16,585 nt of DNA, taken from IMG/VR virus record IMGVR_UViG_3300032038_003322. One strand, written 5' to 3'. Of the stretch, positions 8,372-15,450 are shown one piece after another. Position 1 is the first letter of the stretch, and each line of letters starts with the position of its first letter. Below the pieces are notes generated by a model. The model was not told the DNA's origin and searched no databases. It saw only the letters and a program-made list of their open reading frames with translations. The position numbers and the translations under genes are program-made. The stretch is from a virus.

Positions 8372-8386
8372 TGTTGTCTCCTTTGC

Positions 8387-8758
8387 TTATGAGAGGTCGA
8401 GTGGGTTGAGTCTGACCTGATAGGCGAGCAGGTTACCGGCGCCGGCGAGGCTGAACGTGGCCGGCGACGCGGTCGCGATGTTCAGGCCCTTCGCGGCGAG
8501 CGTGTCGATTGCGTCGGCGATCAGGTCGAGGCTTGATGCCTGCGTGGCCGGCGTGCCGGCGACCACGTCGAGCGTCCACCGGATGGTCGGCGGCCCGACC
8601 CATGTGGTGTATTCGAGCTCCGGCGGTTCGATCACGATCGCGACCTTGCCGGGCGTGGGCTGCGCGAGCTGGGGGTCCACGCTCACGGACTGCACCTTGT
8701 CGCCCAGCATCTCCTCGAGCAGGCTCTGGAGCCTATGCTGTTCGTCGATGACGGTCAT
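8387..8758 (-). CDS. Tail terminator-like / head-tail joining protein (123 aa)
   Basis: ATGA overlap with the upstream gene and a position immediately before the major tail protein. The pattern LQSLLEEMLG..VSVDP..KVAIVIEPP..IRWTLDVVAG..IADAIDTLAAKGL resembles tail terminator (DUF3168-like) proteins. Confidence 0.45.
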   Translation of the reverse strand: MTVIDEQHRLQSLLEEMLGDKVQSVSVDPQLAQPTPGKVAIVIEPPELEYTTWVGPPTIRWTLDVVAGTPATQASSLDLIADAIDTLAAKGLNIATASPATFSLAGAGNLLAYQVRLNPLDLS

Positions 8759-9096
8759 GCGATCACGCTCCCGCCCGTGAGGATGCCGGCGGCGTTGAGC
8801 TTCGGCCAGACCGCGCGCAGCGGATCCGTGGGCACACGGAACGGTTCGACGCCGTCCGTGCCCGCATCCATGACGCCCAGACGCGCGTTGCGCATGTTGT
8901 ACAGGTCTACCGCGCACGCCACGACGCAATCGATGTACACGTTCAGCGACACGGTCGCATCGCCGATCGCCGGCGCGACGTAGCCGCGCGCATAATCGAT
9001 CGCGATGCTCAGACGGTCATCCTCGCCGGCCGGGATGCCGACCTCGGCGCGCATACGTTTGAGCAGTTCCTGCGTCGGGACTTCGGGCACTGCCAT
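8755..9096 (-). CDS. Head-tail connector (gp6-like, 113 aa)
   Basis: Starts 1 nt after the capsid gene stop. The N-terminal ELLKRMRAEVGIPAGEDDRLSIAIDYARGYV resembles the gp6-like connector signature. Confidence 0.62.
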   Translation of the reverse strand: MAVPEVPTQELLKRMRAEVGIPAGEDDRLSIAIDYARGYVAPAIGDATVSLNVYIDCVVACAVDLYNMRNARLGVMDAGTDGVEPFRVPTDPLRAVWPKLNAAGILTGGSVIA

Positions 9097-9097
9097 G

Positions 9098-10162
9098 TCA
9101 CGCCGTCTTGAACTTGATGGGCAGCAGGCCGTCGGTGTTCGTCGCGCCCATCGCCATGTAGCCGTAAACGCTGTAGTTTTCGGTGAGTTTGGTCGGGTCG
9201 CCGTCGGACAGCTGTGTCGGGCCGCCCGACTCCCAGACGGTGACGGCTTCGGGGTCGATGAAGCAGGCGGTGCCGGCGGTCGCGCCCGGCAGGATGTAGA
9301 CGGGGACGCGCATGAGGTCGCCGACCACACCGGTCAGGTCAAAGCTGCCGATGGTGTCCGAGCCCTTGCCGCTGATGTCCATGAACCGGTTGCCCGAGTC
9401 CTTGAGCTTGATGAGGGCGAGGGCGACGTCCTTGGACACGGCGAGACGCGTCAGCGAGGTGTTGCGGTCGTCCATGATCTCGGCGGCGTCGAGGATGATG
9501 CCGGCCCATTCGTCCGGCGTCATGGACGCGAGCACGCTCTTGGTCGTGATGTTGTTCGCGTCCGAGGACGCGTCCCTCTGCGCGGCGATCAGGTCGTACA
9601 GATACGTACGGACCGCGCTTTCGGTCGCCTTCGCATACGCATTGCGCAGCGCCTTCAGGGCGGTGTTGAGCATCGGCGTCGTCGATCGTTCGATGACTTG
9701 ACGGCTCAGGGTCGTGTAGCCGCCGTAGGTGGCGATGTCGGCGCTCTTGGTGCCGAACTTCACCTTGCCGAACGTCAGGGCGCTGCCTTCGCTCGTCTGC
9801 TTATCGGCCGACGTGGTGTCGGACGATACCACGTTGTATTCGAGCGTCATGCCGGTCGCGGGAAGCGTGTCGCGGGTCAGGATGTTCATGACCTTGCGGC
9901 GCTGTTCGATCAGCTTGAGGTCGTCGGCGATCCATGTGACGGTGTTGCCCGTGTCGCCGGTGGCGATCAGGTCGCGCGTGGCGAGCATGAGGTCGCGTGC
10001 CTCCGTGTCGCCCTTGGCGAGGGCCTTGAGATAGTCGCCCTCGCTGCGGTACGCCTCGCCGATCTTCGCCGGCGCGGCCGGTTCGTGTTCGGCGAGAGCG
10101 GTCTTGATGGCGCGGATCTCGTCGTCGATCGCGGCCATGCGCGTCTCGGTGCCGTTGTCCAT
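9098..10162 (-). CDS. Candidate nested in-frame product: major capsid protein alone (354 aa) from the internal ATG
   Basis: A consensus AAGGAGG (10168..10174, minus strand) lies 5 nt upstream of the in-frame ATG at 10162, exactly at the protease/capsid domain boundary. Confidence 0.45.
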   Translation of the reverse strand: MDNGTETRMAAIDDEIRAIKTALAEHEPAAPAKIGEAYRSEGDYLKALAKGDTEARDLMLATRDLIATGDTGNTVTWIADDLKLIEQRRKVMNILTRDTLPATGMTLEYNVVSSDTTSADKQTSEGSALTFGKVKFGTKSADIATYGGYTTLSRQVIERSTTPMLNTALKALRNAYAKATESAVRTYLYDLIAAQRDASSDANNITTKSVLASMTPDEWAGIILDAAEIMDDRNTSLTRLAVSKDVALALIKLKDSGNRFMDISGKGSDTIGSFDLTGVVGDLMRVPVYILPGATAGTACFIDPEAVTVWESGGPTQLSDGDPTKLTENYSVYGYMAMGATNTDGLLPIKFKTA

Positions 10163-10672
10163 TGGTTCCTCCTTAGTGGTGGTGTTTTCGATGTCCCTCT
10201 GTCCGGTGATTTTCGCGTCCACATACGCCGGGATCCCGGTGACCGAGACCTCGAACAGTTCGACGCTGCGGCGGTGGACCACGGTGCGTTCGTCGAGTGT
10301 TTCGACATGGTTCTCGATCGGGCGGAAGCCAATCGAGAAGGCGTCGTAGACGCCGGCGCGCACGAGGTCGGCGACCTCGCGGCCCTGTGCGGTGTCGGCG
10401 ATGCTGGCCGTGATGTGCAGGCCGTCCGCCTCGCGTGTCTGCGCGGTGACGCGGCCGATCAGCGCGCCGTGCTCGCGTGCCAATTTCACGTCGCGGCCGC
10501 CGAAGTCGCAGTCGTCGTCGATGACCTCGACGGTGCCGGGCCATATCTCGAGTTCGCGGCCGAAGGGGACGGCGATGCCCTCGAGGGTGAGGCCGTCGTC
10601 GTCCTGCGCGTCGCGCAGCCGGACGCCGCCGACGTCGATGTGCCGTGTCTGCATCAGGTCATGCTCGTTCAT
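9098..10672 (-). CDS. Prohead protease (HK97/S78-like) fused in frame to an HK97-fold major capsid protein (524 aa)
   Basis: Residues 1-165 carry protease motifs (LEGIAVPFG, KLAREHG, AFSIGF, VSVTGIPAY). Residues 171-524 carry a coiled-coil delta-like segment (RMAAIDDEIRAIKTALAE) followed by a capsid-like body. One ORF with no internal stop, and an AAGGAG RBS. Confidence 0.88.
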   Translation of the reverse strand: MNEHDLMQTRHIDVGGVRLRDAQDDDGLTLEGIAVPFGRELEIWPGTVEVIDDDCDFGGRDVKLAREHGALIGRVTAQTREADGLHITASIADTAQGREVADLVRAGVYDAFSIGFRPIENHVETLDERTVVHRRSVELFEVSVTGIPAYVDAKITGQRDIENTTTKEEPMDNGTETRMAAIDDEIRAIKTALAEHEPAAPAKIGEAYRSEGDYLKALAKGDTEARDLMLATRDLIATGDTGNTVTWIADDLKLIEQRRKVMNILTRDTLPATGMTLEYNVVSSDTTSADKQTSEGSALTFGKVKFGTKSADIATYGGYTTLSRQVIERSTTPMLNTALKALRNAYAKATESAVRTYLYDLIAAQRDASSDANNITTKSVLASMTPDEWAGIILDAAEIMDDRNTSLTRLAVSKDVALALIKLKDSGNRFMDISGKGSDTIGSFDLTGVVGDLMRVPVYILPGATAGTACFIDPEAVTVWESGGPTQLSDGDPTKLTENYSVYGYMAMGATNTDGLLPIKFKTA

Positions 10673-11771
10673 GTGTCTGCTCCTTGAGTGGTTCGAGGCC
10701 TTCGCGTTCGCGGACCTCGTCGATGGTCAGCCATCCGCTTTCGATCGCGGTGCGGTACGCCGAGTAGCGGGCCGACATGTCCGCTCTGCGCGTCGAGTCC
10801 CAGTCGAAGCGCACGCTCTGACCGGCCGGCAGCAGCTGCGTGAACGCCTCCTCGATTTCTCCCGTGTACGCGGCGAGCGTGTAGTCGGCGAACTCGAGCC
10901 ACGCCTGCTCGATGTTCGAGTAGGTCAGATTCGAGCCGTCCACGGCCGCGAGCATGATGCTCGCCGGAATGCCGAGCAACCTCGCGATCTGGGTCGTGTC
11001 GAACTTCTGCGTCTCCAAAAACTGCAAGTCCGCCGGCTTGAGCTCGAGGGGGACATACGAGAGGTTCGAGCCGAGGACCTTGATGTCGAGCGCGTCGCCG
11101 TTCGCCTTCCACGCCGCCTTAGCGCCCTTCGCCAGCTCCTCGGTCATACGCTGGTCGCTCTTGAGATAGCCCTTGATGTTCGAGCTATCCGTGTAGAACC
11201 GCGCCTTGTAGTCGCGGGCCATCGCCGCGCCCTCGACCTCCTCGCGCGCCGCGCTGATCGGACCCAAGCCGCGCAACTGGCCGGGGACGTTGAGGAACTT
11301 GAGGTGGATCACGTCACGGCTGGTGTAGCTCTTGCCGTCGTAGCTGTAGCGCAGGTCAGGCGCGGCGATGTCGTCGTTCGCCATCGACACGGTCACCAGA
11401 TGCGGCGGCAGCACCTCGCACGACACGGCCTCGTCGCCGAAACGCCTGACGCGAAGGAAAGCGTTGCCGTCGAGGCACATCGACGCGACGAGGTCGCTGA
11501 TGACGTCGCGGCGCGATCGGCGCGTGTCGGGCTGGCGGACGATCGCTGGCTGATGGGCGGCGCGCACACCGTCCACGTACACATCGATCGGCAGACCGGT
11601 GATCGCCGTCTGCAACACCTGCACGCCGCGAAAAACGGTCGAGATGCGCAGCGGGTCGGTCGCGGCGGTCCGCGACGGCGGGCGCACTCCGTCCGGCATG
11701 GCGTCGTCGCCGGCCGTGGCCGTGCGCCATGCGAGGCGGAAACGTGACATGAAGCTCATGGCCGCAATCAT
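10659..11771 (-). CDS. Portal protein, HK97 family (about 370 aa; start 11771, alternatives 11759/11750)
   Basis: The sequence from MIAAMSFMSRF onward is protein-like (DGNAFLRV, YTDSSNIKGYL, KFDTTQIARLLGIPASIM, RFDWDSTRRAD), and its position between terL and protease/capsid fits a portal. The upstream part of track ORF 10659..12386 overlaps terL and is Arg-rich junk. Confidence 0.86.
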   Translation of the reverse strand: MIAAMSFMSRFRLAWRTATAGDDAMPDGVRPPSRTAATDPLRISTVFRGVQVLQTAITGLPIDVYVDGVRAAHQPAIVRQPDTRRSRRDVISDLVASMCLDGNAFLRVRRFGDEAVSCEVLPPHLVTVSMANDDIAAPDLRYSYDGKSYTSRDVIHLKFLNVPGQLRGLGPISAAREEVEGAAMARDYKARFYTDSSNIKGYLKSDQRMTEELAKGAKAAWKANGDALDIKVLGSNLSYVPLELKPADLQFLETQKFDTTQIARLLGIPASIMLAAVDGSNLTYSNIEQAWLEFADYTLAAYTGEIEEAFTQLLPAGQSVRFDWDSTRRADMSARYSAYRTAIESGWLTIDEVREREGLEPLKEQTHERA

Positions 11772-11842
11772 GCCCGCCGCAGTCGTGCGTCGCAATTCTG
11801 CTGCGTCATGCGCGCTCAGGCGCGCGCAGCGGCGGTCAGGGG

Positions 11843-13261
11843 TCAGAAAATCTGCAATTCGCCGCTCTCGGCGTGATTGACCGCCCATGCGGCGACCATG
11901 ACGGACTCGATCGGCGAGGTCAGTCCGGTCGAGCCGCGCCGGGTCACATGCCACGAGTCGCCGGACCAGCTGCGCGCGCAGTTCGCGGCGGAATCGTCGA
12001 GCCTCGCGTCCGCCGCGTGCAGCGTGACGCCGTTCTGTAACCCGCTGAGATACGACTGGCCGACGGCCATGTAGTCGGCCGAGGTCAACGGCACGAGCCG
12101 CACATCGTCGGTGCGTTCGAGCAGGTCGTGCAATGGAGCGTTCGGCCCGCGCGAGTCCATGCACACCGGCGCGTCGTAGGTGCGGGCGAGCCGGCGCAGT
12201 TCGGCGACGGCGTCGCCCGTGCCGTCGAGCACCTTCAGCACCTGCGTGCGCGTCACACCGTCGTCTCCGCGTATGGCCACGCTGATGCTCGTGTGCGTCG
12301 CGTCCACGTCCACCGCCATGCCGAACGCCTTCGGCGCGTTCCTGGCTGCGGTCGGCGGCATCGGCTCGCACACGGTCGCCTCCCACAGGTCGGCCGGAAT
12401 GAACCGTTCGGCGATGCCGGTGTCGCGCCTATTGCCGAACGCGCGGGCCCAGCCGGCCGTGTTCTGGCCGAACTGCGCGCGGAAATCGGCGAGCTGTGAC
12501 TTGTTCCATAGCAGGCCGGCGGCGGGATGGTACGCCATGATGACGTCGAGATCCTCGGGGTCGGCGTCGTCGGGGATCCCGAAATCGAACCAGCAGGTGC
12601 GCCGCGACGCCTCGCCGGCACGGCACGCATCCAGTCTCGAGTTGAAAAAGGTTGACTCCGCAGTGCCTTCGGTCGATGTGATCCACAGTTGGGGCTGGAC
12701 GCCGGTGGCCTTGAAGCGCGTCGCGGTCGTCGGCAGGAAGCCGTCGATGATCGCGTCGCCGGTGTCTGCTGACAGCGAGAACGCCTCGTCGAGCGTGATC
12801 ATGTCGCCCTGCACGCCGTGGCCGGCGACCTTCGTGACGCTCATGGGACGGAACACGCTGCCGTTGAGAAACGGCTGGCGCAGGTCGCCGGCGCCCAGAT
12901 ACGGCCGGCGGCATATCGCCTGAAGCTCGCTGTCCTGCAACGCGGCGAGATACTTCTTGAAGTGCTCGGACGCGTCCTTGCCGGTCTGCGCCAGATAGTA
13001 GACGTAGCGGCGTGGTCCCCACAGGGCGTTGCGCGTCGAGGCCGTGTCGATCAGCGTTGACTTGCCGCACTGCCGCTGCGTGCTCAGGATCACCGTGTCG
13101 TAGTAGTAGCTGCCCGTGTCCGGGTCGATCTCGCCGGCCACGTCGGCGACGTAGCGCTGCCACGGCAGCAGCGGCGTATGCAGGAACGCAGCGAACGCGG
13201 CCACGTTGCCGCCGTCCGTCCGCCTTGACGTGTCACGGCGCGTGCCGCCGCGCATCCTCAC
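11843..13261 (-). CDS. terL: Terminase large subunit (472 aa; GTG 13261 or ATG 13255)
   Basis: Walker A-like STQRQCGKST, a later ITLDEAF (Walker B-like), and a C-terminal nuclease-size domain. GTGA overlap with the terS stop. Confidence 0.88.
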   Translation of the reverse strand: MRMRGGTRRDTSRRTDGGNVAAFAAFLHTPLLPWQRYVADVAGEIDPDTGSYYYDTVILSTQRQCGKSTLIDTASTRNALWGPRRYVYYLAQTGKDASEHFKKYLAALQDSELQAICRRPYLGAGDLRQPFLNGSVFRPMSVTKVAGHGVQGDMITLDEAFSLSADTGDAIIDGFLPTTATRFKATGVQPQLWITSTEGTAESTFFNSRLDACRAGEASRRTCWFDFGIPDDADPEDLDVIMAYHPAAGLLWNKSQLADFRAQFGQNTAGWARAFGNRRDTGIAERFIPADLWEATVCEPMPPTAARNAPKAFGMAVDVDATHTSISVAIRGDDGVTRTQVLKVLDGTGDAVAELRRLARTYDAPVCMDSRGPNAPLHDLLERTDDVRLVPLTSADYMAVGQSYLSGLQNGVTLHAADARLDDSAANCARSWSGDSWHVTRRGSTGLTSPIESVMVAAWAVNHAESGELQIF

Positions 13262-13572
13262 TTGGCGGCCTCCGCTAGCAGGTGCGTCAGGTCGTCGCTG
13301 AGTTCCACCGTCTCCGGGTACAGCGCGCGCAGCTCGCGCATAGTCGCGTTGTAGCTGTCCATGAGCGTCGAGATGTTCTTCGGCGTGGGCGCGGAATTGT
13401 ATCGGTCGATGTTGTAGGCGATGCAGATCAACGAGGCGGCGTAATCCAACGCCTCTGGCGTCGGCTCATGCGTCTCGAAGAAGCGGTCGAGCATGTTCCG
13501 CGTGCTTTTTTCCTTGAACCCGTTGTACTTTCCGATTTCCTCGAATCCCTCGAAGACGCCTTGCGTTTCCAT
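13258..13572 (-). CDS. Putative terminase small subunit (104 aa)
   Basis: GGAGGTG RBS and a position directly upstream of, and coupled to, terL and downstream of HNH plus the AT-rich spacer. The protein is small and helical. The call is mainly positional. Confidence 0.5.
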   Translation of the reverse strand: METQGVFEGFEEIGKYNGFKEKSTRNMLDRFFETHEPTPEALDYAASLICIAYNIDRYNSAPTPKNISTLMDSYNATMRELRALYPETVELSDDLTHLLAEAAK

Positions 13573-13685
13573 GTCTCACCTCCGTTTCGCGACTTTTTTA
13601 TTCTTGGTCGAGAGTGCAAAAAACTGGGCGCGGGGTCTTGGTGGCCGGCAGCCGTTTAAAAAAACAGCCATCGGCAAGCATCCGC

Positions 13686-13713
13686 ATTATAGCGCGTCGC
13701 GTCCGATTGTCAA
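13686..13713 (-). promoter_or_regulatory. Consensus sigma70-type promoter TTGACA-N16-TATAAT facing terS
   Basis: The minus strand reads TTGACA (13713..13708), a 16-nt spacer, then TATAAT (13691..13686). This lies about 110 nt upstream of the terS ATG. Confidence 0.6.
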
Positions 13714-13745
13714 TGTGCTAAGCGTCGAGCACGGACACAATCGTC

Positions 13746-14480
13746 TCACCATGCGAGACTATCGGCGATGGTCTCATTACGCAGCCCGAGCCGCACGAGC
13801 TGACGGCGGCGCTGTGCGAGGCGGGCGCGCACCGTCGCCTGCGTCACGCCCATCGCGTACCACTGGCGAGCCACCTGCTCGTCCGTCGCATTGCCCACTG
13901 TATCGAACACTTGTGCGGATCCCGGATCCACGACATGGATGTCGTAGTCGAACGCGATCCACTCGGCGAGCATGTCGGGATGCGAGCGGCTGCGCGGCAG
14001 CGTGCGGATCAGCCACACGTCGAGCGGCGAGGCCGTGCGCGCCAGCTGCCGGTAGGCCGCGTCCCACGCCATCGCTGCGGCCAGACGCACCGGCTTCGCC
14101 GCGGCGAGCTCGTCGTCGTCGCATGAGAGCACGCGGGCGAACTCGCTATGGGCGACCATGACGCTGTCCAGCGCCATGCGCTCGGTCGCATAGCCTATCA
14201 GATCGGCCGTGGGCGGCCCGATGACGCAATGGATCGTCGCGCCGTACCCACTCAGCACGCGGTCCTGTCGCACGCTGTTGCAATGCTTGCACGCGCGGCG
14301 GATGTTCGCGACGCTGTCCATGCCACGATGCGACCACGGCACGATATGGTCGTCCTCCTCGCCGACGCCCGTGCAGCCCGGCAGCCGTAGCCAACACTCG
14401 TTGCCCCATGTGGCGATGACCTCTGCGCGGATACGCGGGTCGATGACCTGACGCCGACGCTTCCTGTTCATGCGCTTCAT
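13746..14480 (-). CDS. HNH endonuclease with an extra C-terminal domain of about 170 aa (244 aa)
   Basis: HNH core CWLRLPGC..DDHIVPWSHRG..SVANIRRACKHCNSVR. ATG at 14480 overlaps the upstream stop (ATGA). The track ORF start at 14678 is an out-of-frame overlap with the Xis-like gene. Confidence 0.85.
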   Translation of the reverse strand: MKRMNRKRRRQVIDPRIRAEVIATWGNECWLRLPGCTGVGEEDDHIVPWSHRGMDSVANIRRACKHCNSVRQDRVLSGYGATIHCVIGPPTADLIGYATERMALDSVMVAHSEFARVLSCDDDELAAAKPVRLAAAMAWDAAYRQLARTASPLDVWLIRTLPRSRSHPDMLAEWIAFDYDIHVVDPGSAQVFDTVGNATDEQVARQWYAMGVTQATVRARLAQRRRQLVRLGLRNETIADSLAW

Positions 14481-14671
14481 TCGTGCCGTCCCTTCCACTT
14501 GTCCTTGTACGCCTCGAGCGCGGACACCTCGTAGCGGTAGACGCTGTCCTCGTACTTGATCCAGTCCGGGCCGCGCCTGTCGTCGCGCCACCGGCGCATC
14601 GTCGCCTCGCTCACGCCCAAATACTTCGCGGCCGCCCTCGTCGTCAACGGCGGTACGTACCTGGCACCCAC
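14477..14671 (-). CDS. Excisionase-family HTH DNA-binding protein (64 aa)
   Basis: LTTRAAAKYLGVSEATMRRWRDDRRGP..IKYEDSVYRYEVSALEAY is the MerR/excisionase-type (HTH_17-like) pattern. GTG start 3 nt after the upstream stop. Confidence 0.7.
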   Translation of the reverse strand: MGARYVPPLTTRAAAKYLGVSEATMRRWRDDRRGPDWIKYEDSVYRYEVSALEAYKDKWKGRHE

Positions 14672-14674
14672 CGC

Positions 14675-15001
14675 TCAAGCCCCCGCGTACTCGCGCAGCC
14701 GCCCGAGCAGATCGTCGCGGTCGAACACACGACGCCCGTCGACACGCTGAGGCGCCGGGATGCGCCCGTCATGAATGAGCTTCTGCAAAGCGTTGTCGCC
14801 TGCCGACCTGTACGAGGCCGTCTCGTACAGCCGCAGCAGACGGATCACCATGTCACGCTCAACCGTGGCCGTCCCCGTCGTGTCATGCTCCAGCCGGTCG
14901 AGATTCACGCGCACCGTCCGCCGTATCTCCCGGTCGTACAGCTTCTTGCCCGACTTCCTTGTACTGCGCTTCGTTGGTTTGTAATCGACTGCATATCCCA
15001 T
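14675..15001 (-). CDS. DNA-binding protein with a C-terminal excisionase-type HTH (108 aa)
   Basis: GAGG RBS. The N-terminus is basic (KPTKRSTRKSGKK). The C-terminal ALQKLIHDGRIPAPQRVDGRRVFDRDDL resembles excisionase/AlpA-type HTH. Confidence 0.55.
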   Translation of the reverse strand: MGYAVDYKPTKRSTRKSGKKLYDREIRRTVRVNLDRLEHDTTGTATVERDMVIRLLRLYETASYRSAGDNALQKLIHDGRIPAPQRVDGRRVFDRDDLLGRLREYAGA

Positions 15002-15022
15002 GACGACCTCGATTCTGATTGA

Positions 15023-15060
15023 TGTGGATAAGTGGATAAGTGGACAACTATTGTGGAAAA
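15023..15060 (-). repeat. Four head-to-tail DnaA-box-like 9-mers / iterons
   Basis: The minus strand reads TTTTCCACA (15060..15052), TTGTCCACT (15047..15039), TTATCCACT (15039..15031) and TTATCCACA (15031..15023). The last three have an 8-bp period. Confidence 0.8.
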
Positions 15061-15450
15061 GGTGACTTCGGTGGAGGGGGTTAGAGCGGGGGGAACCTTA
15101 AGAGGCCCAAACCCGAACCGAGCAAATCTCGATCGGGAAAGAGTCTCTTGAAGGTTCGCAAGCTAGGTGGCTTCGTCTGGAGCCGGGCCGTCGCATATCG
15201 TACGAAGCGGGCCGAAGCCCGCGCGGTTGGTCTCACGACGACGCCCGCCCGTAGACGGCGAAGCGGCTGACACGCCCTTACCCGCGCGCCGCCGTGATTC
15301 AGCACAAGCCCGCATAAGCCCTCCCCGAGAGCCGTCGTAACCACGCCACCACATGACGTGTGTTTGTAACGCGCTGAGCGAGGCGCGCCCGGATAATCTC
15401 ATACGTGCCGGCGCGGGCAGCCGAGGGGAACCCGCGCCATAGGCATGCAA

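Noticed and set aside
9005-10687. 560-aa ORF on the + strand
   Set aside because: It lies antisense to the protease-capsid gene and shows the same high-GC antisense artefact. The 451-aa ORF 10392..11747 antisense to the portal is rejected for the same reason.
11810-11827. GCGCGC-loop-GCGCGC hairpin and a 13-codon mini-ORF between terL and the portal
   Set aside because: It is a short GC palindrome with no T-run, which is common in high-GC DNA. The mini-ORF has no RBS. The evidence for a regulatory role is insufficient.
11772-12386. N-terminal extension of the portal track ORF 10659..12386
   Set aside because: It overlaps terL out of frame with an Arg/His/Gly-rich sequence. The protein-like sequence begins only at the ATG cluster 11771/11759/11750, after the terL stop at 11843.
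13573-13751. 8-bp direct repeat GTCTCACC at both edges of the HNH-terS spacer (13573..13580 and 13744..13751)
   Set aside because: It is too short to distinguish from chance. One copy overlaps the terS RBS region and the other overlaps the HNH stop.
15081-15450. ORFs 15081..15344 and 15163..15450 (minus strand) as genes
   Set aside because: They have no RBS, Arg/Gly/Ala-rich low-complexity translations, only moderate GC3, and they overlap each other. I treat the region as non-coding or undetermined and report it as a finding instead.
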